64,000 nucleotides of DNA from Podarcis tiliguerta (lineage: Eukaryota), in the NCBI GenBank assembly GCA_965153285.1, contig OZ229110.1. One strand, given 5' to 3'. The notes under the pieces were generated by a model, which searched no databases, was not told the origin of the DNA, and was given only the letters and a program-made list of their open reading frames with translations. Numbering within the stretch: position 1 is the first letter of the stretch; every line of letters begins with the position of its first letter. Below are positions 52,336 through 64,000 of the stretch, piece by piece. Position numbers and translations under genes: made by a program.

Positions 52336-52650
52336 AGATTTCTGACTCCACAATGTATTTATAAACGCAAAAGAGATTGAATCATTTGTGTCAGGGGCAC
52401 TTTGTGGCTGCAGTTTGCTGCACAGTATCTCCTTCAGATCATGGTCTTATGCTGCATTATTTTTCAAGCAATGTTTGTGTGTTCCCTTCACTCAAACAGC
52501 CTACAATCTTCATTGTGTTTGCAGGAAGTCTAGAGGAAATGGATGGAATTCACTGGGACTGGAGAACAAAAATTGGTTTGGAAGTAAGACAACTACTCAT
52601 TCCATTTTGACCTCTGGTAAACAGGTTTCTGTATTGACTAAAAAACTTGC

Positions 52651-52708
52651 CAAACATGTCTGACCAGCAAAACAGAAGAAGCACACACATAAGAAAAGCT
52701 AATTTCAT
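52651..52708 (-). CDS. SIGIRR: Candidate signal-peptide exon (MKLAFLMCVLLLFCWSDMF)
   Basis: MK followed by a hydrophobic core and polar end; in-frame stop just upstream; ends phase 1 at G|gcaagt (GC donor), matching the phase-1 acceptor at 49241; possible upstream acceptor cttctcacag| with exon start 52931. Confidence 0.65.
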
Positions 52709-53028
52709 CTCTCTTCAAAAATTATTAGCGTTTCCTGTTTAAATTATCTGAAGTATCTTTTTTACTTCTGTTTCATTCAGAGGGCAGAGCAGGAAGAGGA
52801 GCTCATGCTGGGGCCTGTATGGTATCTGCTTTCACTCATTCCTTGCTGTGAAGTCAGCCCTTTATTCTTACTCCTGTTACTACTGCCACTACTACTACCA
52901 CTAGTCATAACTTAGTCCTGGCATGCTTGGCCTGTGAGAAGGGATCTGTGGTAGAGAAATGTATACTTCAGTCCTCACTACACCATGAAAGCATCCATTT
53001 CACGCTGTGTGCTCAAAATGCACATATA

Positions 53029-53247
53029 CAGTGGTACCTCTGGTTACGGACTTAATTCGTTCTGGAGGTCCGTTCTTAACCTGAAGCACCACTTTAGCTA
53101 ATGGGGCCTCCCGCTGCTGCCGCGCCGCTGGAGCACAATTTCTGTTCTCATCCTGAAGCAAAGTTCTTAACCCAAGGTAGTATTTCTGGGTTAGCGGAGA
53201 CTGTAACCTGAAGCGTATGTAACCCAAAGCATATGTAACCTGAGGTA
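53029..53247 (+). mobile_element. Tc1/mariner-pogo MITE copy with truncated right TIR
   Basis: Left TIR CAGTGGTACCTC and the same body; right end stops at GAGGTA. Confidence 0.85.
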
Positions 53248-53884
53248 TTCCTTTAAATTGAGACTACTTGTCCATGCATATACATGTATAATAGAGCATT
53301 GTATGTTCTGCATCCCAAGACTGGGATATTAGACTTAAAAATACAAAGGCAGTTCCTTTTATCTTCTAGTATGCAACTATGAGATTAAAAACCTGTCCCT
53401 TTTATTTTGTAAATGATTCTCAGATATCAATTTGTTATATCAGACAATGTACAGTAAGCAAGATTCCATTATTCATAATGCTATTATGGTCCCAAAGTAT
53501 ATCAAAGATCATGACCACTATCCACTACACACATAAGCTCTTGTGCCCCATTTTAAAAAGACTTCAGCACAGCTAACAGGTAGGGGCCCTTAAACCCATA
53601 TTTATTCCTCTGCTCTTATATTTTGCCTATTTCAGCCAGTACACAGATTTCCATTTCTTTTTTGGAATTTACTATTCCTTGTATTTTGCACAAATCAATA
53701 TTGACTACATAATTCTACATTTCAAAACAAAATGTAATTGTGTCATCCCTTTCAAATGTAAATATAGCACTCCTTCAACACCAACCATCCCAAATCCTGG
53801 GATCAGTCCAAAGTATTGTACACTTTAGACAGTAGCAGAGAACAGAACAATAGAGTTGGAAGACAGCACAAGGACAATCTACTC

Positions 53885-54139
53885 CAAGGGTAGGGAAACT
53901 AAGGCCCAGGGGCCAGATCCAGCCCAATCACCTTCTAAATCCAGCCCGCAGACAGTCTGGAAATCAGCGTGTTTTTACATGAGTAGAATGTGTCCTTTTA
54001 TTTAAAATGCATCTCTGGATTATTTGTGAGGCATAGGAATTCGTTCTCCCCCCCCAAAAAATATATATATAGTCCGGCCCCCCACAAGGTCTGAGGGATA
54101 GTGGACCGGCCCCCTGCTGAAAAAGTTTGCTGACCCCTG
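53885..54139 (+). mobile_element. hAT-like non-autonomous element inserted in a CR1 3' tail remnant
   Basis: CAAGGGT...ACCCCTG termini; homologous to 9728-10017; left flank tagagttggaaga resembles the CR1 tail at 44498. Confidence 0.75.
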
Positions 54140-56544
54140 ACTCTAACCCACTGCAATGCAGGAATCTTTTTTCCTAGTGTGGGGCTTGAATCTATGACAC
54201 TGAGATTAAAGAGTCTTCTGCTCTATCGACTATCTCCTCACATTTCTGATGAGTTAAAGGGCTTAATCGATAATCAATACCCTACTGCACTGTAGTAGAT
54301 ATATTTAATTTAAGGGGTAAGGAAACTCATCTGCTAGAACTGTAGTAATCTGGCACCTCACTTTTATGCATCTTATTACTTGGAAGCAAATCCTACCAAT
54401 TTTGAAATGTACCTCCAAGAAACTGTGCTTAGGATCTAAGCCACAGGCAGCTAACTAAACAAATAATGATAGGGAGAGCCTTTGCTTTTTGCAGGGGCAA
54501 CCCTATCATTACAGAATGAGGTAATTGTCTCAGGTGGTAACAATGCCACCCTGGATGTTCCCCCTAAGTCTCCTGGCCATTCTTACCCTCCTGTGCCAGT
54601 GAGCCTGCTTGTTGCTGGCCTAGTATGGCTATATGTCTCACCCAGTCACTTTCTTTCAACACGTCACAGTACAGGAAAGCCCCAGACTGAAGAAGTATGC
54701 ATTGCAAAGAGGCAACCAGCATAAGCCACACAGTCCAGAAACTTTAGCACATGCCCATGCAACACATGTTGCTACACAGCAGCATCTATCCGTGTTGGCA
54801 ATGACCCAATTAGGGCGAGGAGTAGAGAAGTGTTGAAAGACAGAACTCTATGTGCCATATGGCCTGTCCTGGGCTTGCTGATGCCTTCAGGTGAGGTGAA
54901 GGATGCTGTCTCGTTGCCAGAGTCAGCTTCTGTACATGGAAGGGGAGTGGAGAAGTCATGCTTTCCCTCTCAGGCAGCAAAATGCCTCAGGGCAGTTATA
55001 CCAACCCTAAACATCACCTGTTTCATTAACAAATATGGCAGGCTTCAACTTACAAACAACAAAGTGTGCATCCCTGCAAGATGGTAAACTGGTTTCACAT
55101 CATCATAAAAAGAGTCTGGAAGGGAGAATCAATTATCTACTTCATTATGTAATTGCCATAATAAACTTAAAACCAGTAACTGCTGTGCAAAATGCTTCCC
55201 TGCAAAACTGCACAGAATAACGTGGTTAAAGCAAAACTAAGGTGCAGTGTAAATGGCCTCAAAGAATTTTCATTTGTGGTCACACCCCTAGGACTGGTTC
55301 AGACATAATGCCCAAGCATGGGTTGGCACCATAAGTATGAGCCACACAGATCCATTTTCTTCCTCCTTTCTTTATTTTAAACAAACCACAATTTGGCATT
55401 TTGTCCAAACCAGGCTTGCACTGGAGTACATATTCAGTCCTGTTTCTATAAGTGAATGTCAGCATAGCTATCCCTTTGCAAAGGCTAACACAAATACAGT
55501 GCTAAATGAAAAGAAAACTGTGTAAATGTGTCTGTAAATGGTCTGGGAGGCACTCAAGGGTTCTCCCAGTATACAGAGAAGTCACAAAGAAATGTCACAA
55601 CAAACAACATACTTTGAAGATACTGACACCTAATACTGGCTGAGCAAACTAGCTCCCAAGATCACTCTCTCACTCCCCGCACCATGACACACACACTTTC
55701 TAGCCAGTTTGCTTCTTTGCAAGGTGTGGTCAATTTATACAAAAGCATTATCAATTAAAGCAGATTAGGTTGGTCTGTTGCAACAGCAATAACTGAAAAG
55801 GCACCTCTATGTAAAACTCAAAGATTATGGCTTATTTATTGGTCCTACTACAGACAGGAATGTTATCGTATTGACTTTGCCAGTGCTTTTCCCAGGATCA
55901 CAGCAGGCATACACAAACCCATATAACTGGGAGGGGCTGAGAAAGATAAGGGTTATCTCAATTTCTAACCAACTTATAGCTTTAAGACTCCTTCTATGAG
56001 ACAGAAAATTAAAATAGCCATTGATTTAAGAGGTTAGACCAAAGCAATATTGTATCTTTTATCCTCTTGGGCAACATGTATAAAGATTTCTGCACTACTC
56101 ATCATGGATACTCAGAGGGAATTTAAGAGACAAATCATATTGCAGAAGAAGAAAAATGCTTCTAAGAAACATCAAAATGTTGCACCCCACATCATCTTAT
56201 GTTGCTGTTTCAATTAGGCAAGCATAAATTGCCTAAGGGTGCCTCCAGACAGTCACTATTTTGCAAGTGGGATTCAAGAGCACATCGGAAACTTATGTCT
56301 GAGCCGTTAAATTGAACTGAAAGGCTCTGTTGCACTAGCTCAACAAATCCACTTTAAAAAAGAATCAGGCTTTCTGCGGTTTGGAAAGTCATGGGGAAAC
56401 ACACTGGAAGTATGGGATAAATGAATGAATAACAGAAGGGGGTATTATTATGCTGTGTATTTTGTGTTTTTATGTTGTAAGCTGGCCTATTGTCTTTGGA
56501 TGAAGAGTAGTATATAAATTTAAAAAATAATAGTAAACGAGGTC

Positions 56545-56870
56545 TGTTGGCAGACTGTGTTACAAAGATGTCTGCAAGTGTGATATGAAGGCTGGCAACA
56601 TTAACCCCACCATGTGGGAACCCTTTGCAGGCAATCACAGTGTCTGGAGACAGTCAGTAACGAGAGGAATGACCACTGGTATGAGCAAAGAGAGAAGAAA
56701 CACCATGGTGTAACTTTAGCAGCAAAACCAGATGCCTTCTTCTGCTCCACCTGCAAGAAAACATATGTCTCCTGTATATGTCTCTGGAACCACTGTAACT
56801 CTCCAACAGCTTGACTTCACTCCAAAAGGCACACTCGTCTATTGTCTCCTAAGACAGACGGATACCAACA
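56545..56870 (+). mobile_element. Degraded RTE-clade LINE 3' fragment
   Basis: YKDVCKCDMKAGNINPTMWE..VWRQ and FFCSTCKKT..NH zinc-finger remnants. Confidence 0.7.
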
Positions 56871-59232
56871 CAACCCTATTTAAGCATACGACTTAAGAGA
56901 TGCAGGTTGTGTCCCCATTGTCAATCGATGGAAATGGAAATGTTAGCATCCTTACCTTTGTAGTAGGATGTGTTATGAAAGAGTACTTCATCTCTGTACT
57001 AACAAAGCTATTTTACCAATACATAGGGATAGCAAGTTAAATCTAGAAGGAGCACAGTAGAGTTTCTTCATCGTGCACTGCCTGATCATTTTGTGAGCCA
57101 CATCAAAAATAAATCATAAGGAAGTAAAAATCTTGTATGCAGATATCTGTGACACTCCAGAGATAAATCTGCTCACTTCCTAGAATGACAGTTCAACTAT
57201 TTATTTATATGGTCATTTGAAAGCACTAATTATGGGAATAAATGTGTCAGTTCCATGTATGGCTAACCTAGTGTTTCATTGCTCCACCACATACTAAATT
57301 TAAGCCCATTGTATCCAGCTGTGGCACAAACATCACAGTGGCAAAGGCAGAATGAGTCTATGGCACTTCTGGACTAGAAGCTGAGGATTTATAGGCCCGA
57401 CTAAGGCAAAATCAAATGTATATTCTTGCCTGTCTCTTCAGCACTGCAATGACACCTACTCCTAAGATTAGAAGACTAGAGCGAAAGCCACTAGTAGCCT
57501 AACACACACAGGTTTGCACAGGTACTGTAATGCAATATAGAGTAGCACACTCACATATTTTGAAGATCCCTACAAGTTGGCCACTACTAATTAATTTCTT
57601 TTTAAAAAACAGTATTCCACTTCCTTCTACATATGTCCAAGGCAGCCAACAGTAATGCAAATGAAAAACAGAAAACAAATAAACACCATATAGCTGGTCA
57701 GCAAGTAAACTTAGGATTTGATCAGCCAATAGGATGACTATGTTGCTGTAGTAAGGCACCCCTTAGAATGCAACTGACTAGGCAGCATCCTGTGTTCCCA
57801 GAGAAGAATAGCCCATTTTTTCCTCCCAAGTTCCTGTATGCTTTGCCACTGGCTGCAGGGCCAGCATGGGCAGAGGCCAGAGTAAGACTGGATTGTATAG
57901 GTCAGAATAACAGTGTATGCACTATTCATTCTCTCCTAAAGCTCCATGCACCCCTACAGCAAATGTTAAGCAGAAGGCAAAGAGAATGATGGATAGACAA
58001 ATGTTGACTACTGAAAAGCCCTCACAGGACAGAAGCCAGCCATATCAAGCATCAGTGAGCTAATGTGAAGCCTACAGGAACCTGGCAATGTGTGTCATGG
58101 GAAAATGGAATTCAATGAGGCCTCAAGAACAAATGGAAAACATAGGACACCCCTATGATCAGATAGCAAGTGTTAAATACAAATGTGCGCACACACAAAT
58201 CTCACTGACCAAAAAACAACAATGGAAAAATAATCTCAAATTGGGAAGCAAGGCCTAGGAAAGCCCACTGTGCCAAACAGAAACAACAATGGAAATAGGC
58301 CTGCCATGTAAGAAGTTCCAATCTTCTCTCAAAATACTCATATTGTCTCATAAATAAAGTGTCTCTCTTCCAAAAAGAGATATCCAAACATAGAAGAGAG
58401 ATTAGTGGTTGAAGCACAAGTGACTGCAAAGGCAGGAGGCCTGATCAGGTCAAGCAAGAAGGGCACAGAGAAGAAAAAAACAGTGGGCCAGACTGCCTTA
58501 ATTGCTAAGCACCACTAGCCTACATATATTCATAAAACACACAGACCAACACCAGGAAAACTTTTTCTTTTCGTCTCACCTTGTAAAGCTGCTGTCCTTT
58601 CCTGCTCACTCCTTGTGGCAAGGCAGAAAGCCAAGAGCACAGATGGCACAGGCAGAAGAGAGAGCAATTTCACAGTCATTTTAGCTTATTCACAAGCAGC
58701 ATCCTACAAAATGGAAAAGCACAGGGGAAATAATTACCTTTATGGACTTCCCTCTTTGAGATTCAGGCAGCCACCTTCAAATCCTGAGACTCCTTGTGTG
58801 TCCTTGCTGTGCACTCCCTGATCGTAGCCATCTTAATCACATGACTGGCCAACAGACTGGCTTTGCCAGTTAAGTATCTCCCTCTGCTTTTTTTTTTGTT
58901 GTTGTTCATTCCATGTCCTCCTTAAATGACTTGTTCTATTCTCCACCCCCAATCACAATCTTCCAGGCCTGCACTCGGGACAGCCAGTTCCTCCCACCTG
59001 CTATCATTGCTCCACCCACCTTTCCACCTGCATACAAGGAGAAAATGAAACCTGGACTCTTAAAATCAACAAACCCACCCAGCGTGTTGGCAGCAAAACA
59101 GCCGACCAAGAGTTTGCTCAGTAAAGAGCCAGGAGGCAGGTTGCTCAAAAGCTCTGCAGCTGTGAGGATTGCCGCTCTGTGGCACTAAGCCAGCCGGTTA
59201 TCCTGGATCCTGGCAAAGACTGCTGTGGACTA

Positions 59233-59304
59233 TAAACAAGAAAATGCCCCAAGGAGTAAACAAGAACCCCCCTAAGGAGTAAACAAGGAAAATACACCAA
59301 GGAG
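59233..59304 (+). repeat. Three degenerate ~24-bp tandem units, each containing TAAACAAG
   Basis: taaacaagaaaatgccccaaggag / taaacaagaacccccctaaggag / taaacaaggaaaatacaccaaggag. Confidence 0.75.
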
Positions 59305-62300
59305 GCCTGCTTTCATGCAAAGGGAAAATGTTAGATCTCAAGACAAGACGAAACCTGACAGCTACACCATGTGTGTAAGTTCTGTTACTGAACTGAAAAA
59401 CAATACTAGTAGAGCTGAATTCTCTTTTTTAATCTGTAAAAGATGTGCTGCTGTTTTCTTTTTAAATGTAGCATAAAATACACACTCAGGGCTACTCATA
59501 ATTCTGATCATGAAGTGCAGCTGATATACAGTTCAGTTGTGAAAGAAAATGCATAAAAGAGGAACAACTCTCTGGTTACAGAGAAGCTTTCAGAAACCTA
59601 AACATGAAACATGGAATAACCACTAGGCTCCCCAAAGCTGTATTCAGAATCATTCCCTGATCAAAGCTGCTGTCCCATATAAGCAAGTAATCCTTAACCA
59701 CAATGACTATATGAATGGCAGGCAAGTTTTTAGTATGTAACAGTAAGAGGTATCTGATCTATGTCAAGTAACTTCCAAAAGAGACAAAAATGGCTTAATA
59801 CATTTTCCAAGAACAGAAAATGCAAATGACAAATCCATACAATGGTGGTAACAATATAATACTAAACTAAATAGCTGACACATTACAGCCCTTTGTTTAT
59901 GGCATTTGCATATCACCCTTCACACACAGGACGAGAATGCTCACAAACAGGAAATACTGTATATCAAGTATTGCCACAGAAGTCTTGTCTTGCAGACACA
60001 TGGATTTTAGTACAAAATTCTACTCATGCACACATTTCTTTCACCATCCTCTCAGGTACCACAGGCACTATCACCTGAGGCACACTAGCCCGCCCTGATA
60101 GATAGGGACAGGATTGCCCCTTGAACAGAATTGCTGTGCTCCAAGTAGAGCAACATTTACAAAGCAGACACCCACGGTTTGGGGTTCCATCCACTGCATT
60201 TCCTGTTCCCTTTCCTCTGTCCCATCTGTTCTGTGTTACCCATGGGCATGGGTACTAGTATGAGATGGAGCGTGTGGCAGTTGCCAGTTTTATCACTGCA
60301 CAACTGGTGCCTTTGCCTATGCCCTAGGAAGGCTCTGAATTACAGGCCCTGGCATCCAATATTCATTTTTAAATTAGTTATTTATAATTTACATAGTACT
60401 TTCAACATGCAAAGTGCTTTACAGTAATGGTCACATTTGGCCCATTTATATGGTTTGTGGTCACAACACTGGTAACAGTACTAAGGCGGGAGGTCTCCCG
60501 ATTCAAGGATTTTGCAGAGTGGCATCACACTCCTCCACACTCCACATATCTGACTTTCGTAAGACCTCACACAGAGCAACTGCAGTGTGTTGTGTTGGTA
60601 TATCCTGAGTATTTTGCTGCACTGCACTGATGCTATAATTGCTGCACAATTATGACCTGGCATGGTACTCCTTGTGATTCCTATTTGCCTTCCACAGGAG
60701 ACAACAAGATCAGGTTTTTGCTCTTAATATTGTGTTTCTCATTTAGTGCAATGGGAAGAGCAATATTCAGTCTAACTAACTACATCTGAAAAGCAGCTTG
60801 ATGGTAGACTACAAGCCTTACAAGCTTGAGCAGAATGGGGAGATATTTTATTATGGTTTATACATTTTGGCCGAAATGTTTTGTAACCTAAGTATATTGG
60901 CCCATAAAATCTGGTTCTTCAAGTCACAAAAATTATTTTCATCTGTTCTGTCCATGTGATGCTGTAGCATTGTCCCCAAGAAGCTCAAAATGATGCATTT
61001 CAGGGAACATCAGAGATGCATAGCTTATTAGTTATAATGTATCTTGAATTCTTAACAAATGTTGCTTTAATTTGCCTGGACAGTCCAAGGCACTCATGAA
61101 ATTAGGGTAGAATCTTACCAACAGATTATAGACTTCTCTCTTACGCATGGCTTCATTCTTTTCTGAACAGCTGCAGCGAAACCTGTTGCCCTAGAAACCA
61201 AGCCATACAATTTCATATCCACAGTATCCCCAGCAATCAATCATCTTCCAAACATGTCCACTTCCTTCCAATTATTCATTTTGTAGCTTATAAATTAAAA
61301 TTCAGTTTTACAACAACAGCTTCTGTATAAAATGTCCAAGATATCCAATATGATCTGGTAATGATATTCTATTTTAGGATTTTTTTAAAGCTCAGAAGCA
61401 ACAGTATAGTCGTCTAACAAAAAACTAATCACACCCAGCCAAAGTTAAGCACTTCCGAGTCCCATTAGTTTCAATAAGGAACAAAGGGTTCATGTGGCAA
61501 GCCTAAATGTATACTCAGCACTATCCCACCAAGTATAAGGAGGTCCTAGCTGCAATCATCTGTGCACTTACCAGGAATTAAGCCCCACTGAGCAAAGTTA
61601 CTTGCTTCTGAGTATATGTGTAAGTTTGTGTTGTTAAAAATGTCTCAAACATTGGCTAGATTGTGCGCCTACACTTTTTCAATGAACACAAATTAAAATA
61701 AGAAAACTGAATCTGTGGCTGCAGTCGTAAATACTGTTGCCTGGATCACTAAAATCAATTTGACTTGCTTAAATGGTTTTGAGATGGAAATGTTAAGTTC
61801 CTGTTCCCCACCCCACCCTTTACCTTTGTAGATCTTATGCCTGTTTACTCAAAAGCAGCAAGTCCTACTGTGCTCAATAGTAAGCAAGTATGCATACGAT
61901 TTTATCCAAAGCCTATATTCCTATGTTGACTTCCTTAGGAGTAAGCCCCATTCAACTTTGAACTAATGACTTCTAGGTAAACAGGATCAAGCTATAGGTC
62001 TTTTAGTTAGGGGAGTTCATGTTTTGTTTAGGTGTCCTAAGCCTTTTTCAAATAAAAATGTGGATTATTATCTCAACACAACGCTAGGCAAGCCCCCAAA
62101 CCACACACTTTGCCCCAGGGTAAGATAACAGGGGACTACTTCTACACCAAACAATTTCAAGCTGCAAATTTAACTTCAACCTCAATTCCTAACATGGGCA
62201 CTCATAATCACTGCTGAGGAATACCTGCAAAATAACGCTAAAATTGTGTTACAAAAAGGAAGAACGGATTAATCTTTACTAAAGGCAGCAATCCCATTTC

Positions 62301-62399
62301 CACTGTATGTCCCAAGGTACTGCTTTTGTACTGCACGAAGGCACAGCCCAAGGAACCAGAAGCTGTTACCTCTCCCACAGTAATAGTCTCACGTTGCCT

Positions 62400-63100
62400 A
62401 AGCTCCACTCTTGGAGGCCTTAAGAAGAAGCAAAAAGCCTGTTTTCTTATCACCATCATGACACGTGCGTGTTTCTCTCTTCCTGGCCTAGTACAGAGAA
62501 GACCCAGCACGCGAGACTCCAACGAATAATAGAAGCAACACCAACCTCTAACTCAAGAAGCCAGGCCCAGTTGCACCCCAAAAAACCCTCTTGCGGGAAG
62601 ATAACAATTTTAGCAGCTGAGGGGACAAGGAGGCGTCTTCATGACTAACCCTCTTCCCTGTTGCCATGGGAACCCACAACCTGCGCTCAGGTAGGCAAAG
62701 GGCGGCGCCTCACACCTCTCTTCGCAGAGGAATTCTGGGTAGTGTAGTGCGGCAGCTTCCTCGCTGCTAAGTTCCTTTCGTGAGAAAGTACTACGTCTCC
62801 CAGCATGCAACTGGCTGCCTCGGCCTTAGGCCCCACACACCTGTGCAGGCAAGTTGTTTACACTCTTCAGCGTAGACGGATCGAAGCAAGAGGGTAGATA
62901 GGTGGCTTGGAAAATATATAACTTCAACATGCTACCTTTTTACTTAGTCAGCAGGCTTGGAAAAAGTTGTTGTTCAGAGCCAGCACTTCAAGCGGTTGTA
63001 CTAGGGCGGAATGGGTCGCTTTGCGGCTGTTCCTTTTCGCAGTCCATTAGGCGCCAGCTGGGAGTCCCAGGAATACGGACAAAATGTCTTGCTTATGTAA
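62400..63100. promoter_or_regulatory. CpG-enriched promoter, probable SIGIRR 5' end, likely bidirectional
   Basis: Local CpG enrichment; ZNF143/SBS-like motifs at 62725-62748 (-) and 62790-62811 (+); RFX X-box GTTGCCATGGGAAC at 62660-62673; splice donors facing both directions (62369 minus, 63097 plus). Confidence 0.7.
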
Positions 63101-64000
63101 GTTTTGTGTATCAGGCCTGCATATTGGTAATGTTGTTGGCGACTTCCTTTCATAGGTCCATTAAAACTATCGATCTAGATAGATACTGATGTAAACTGTG
63201 CCGCAAACAAGAAACGGAGATAGACCTGATTAATAAATACCTGGTACTCTCAACTTCTTGTTTATAACGATATATACAGAGGAGAATGGAGAAAAGGACC
63301 GGCATCAGCTTCCCCCTGCTGTTACAGCATTTTCAGCCTTTTTTCTCCTAACTAAGATGCTGCTTGGGCTAGGTATAGATGCTGCTGGTTCTCTTCCTTT
63401 TCCAAGAGATGTGCAGGGAGTTGGAAGGCAGGGCTTTCTTGCAACCTTTTCTCTTATATAATCTTATGAAGACTGTGCTTTGAATCCTCAATGTGGTTTA
63501 CATGAAGCCCCATGAAACAAAGTGGATGTAGTTAGCTAAAAATAATATCCCCCGTTTCAGGGTACATTTAAGGAACATAGTGGGTTTCCAGACAGGGATC
63601 TTATATTGCAAACAGGTCATCAAGTCAAATTTTTCCTGTGTGCATTTTTGGCATGTTAGCCTCTACACATTTTCTTTATTCATTGCTCTTCTGCTGCTTG
63701 CTGAGCTTTGTAGAATGATTTGGTATGTTTCAGTTACGCTGCCTTGTCTATCTGTTTTCCTTATTAATGAATTTGAAGGTATTTGAGCTGTTTTTCTGCC
63801 CCTTTCCTCAGTTTCCAGGAATTTTTTCTGTTCTGGCCACGTGTCCAGCTATTTCTATACCTGTTTGTGTACAACTTAAACAAAAAAAAACCCTTCACCC
63901 AGGAAATGAACAGGAGTAAATATTACCAGCCCAGTAGAGCAATCTAAATTATAGGAATCTGCCATGTTGCATGGCTGCTGCCTGCAATCTTCTGGCATAA

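Noticed and set aside
49242-52650. Search for a third (D1-like) Ig exon between the signal peptide and the extra Ig exon
   Set aside because: No minus-strand frame with an Ig Cys/Trp pattern was found; the interval holds a Sauria SINE and an RTE fragment. A badly decayed relic cannot be excluded by eye
59233-59304. CRISPR-like repeat-spacer appearance
   Set aside because: Eukaryotic DNA; only three short degenerate tandem units with related intervening sequence and no cas genes
53300-64000. ANO9 exons expected from human synteny
   Set aside because: No anoctamin-like coding sequence was recognised in any ORF within the window

Overview
Squamate (lizard, probably lacertid; inferred from Sauria SINEs) genomic DNA with two convergent spliced genes in the conserved PKP3-SIGIRR arrangement. 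The + strand carries PKP3 (plakophilin-3) coding exons 2-13 (8104-25667); exon 1 was not found and is presumably upstream of the window. The - strand carries SIGIRR/IL-1R8. The main finding is that this 'single-Ig' receptor gene has an intact extra upstream Ig exon resembling IL-1R domain 2 (49241-48894) and a candidate signal-peptide exon (52708-52651, GC-AG donor). Together these predict a ~544-aa double-Ig (DIGIRR-like) receptor with a SIGIRR-type inhibitory TIR domain. The Met equivalent to the mammalian start codon is the penultimate full codon of the extra Ig exon. A CpG-rich promoter at ~62.4-63.1 kb has two divergent ZNF143-type sites and an RFX X-box and is probably bidirectional. Introns contain Tc1/mariner and hAT MITEs, Sauria SINEs, CR1, L1 and RTE fragments, and microsatellites. 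All exon boundaries were read by eye from splice consensus and reading-frame continuity; no database searches were run.
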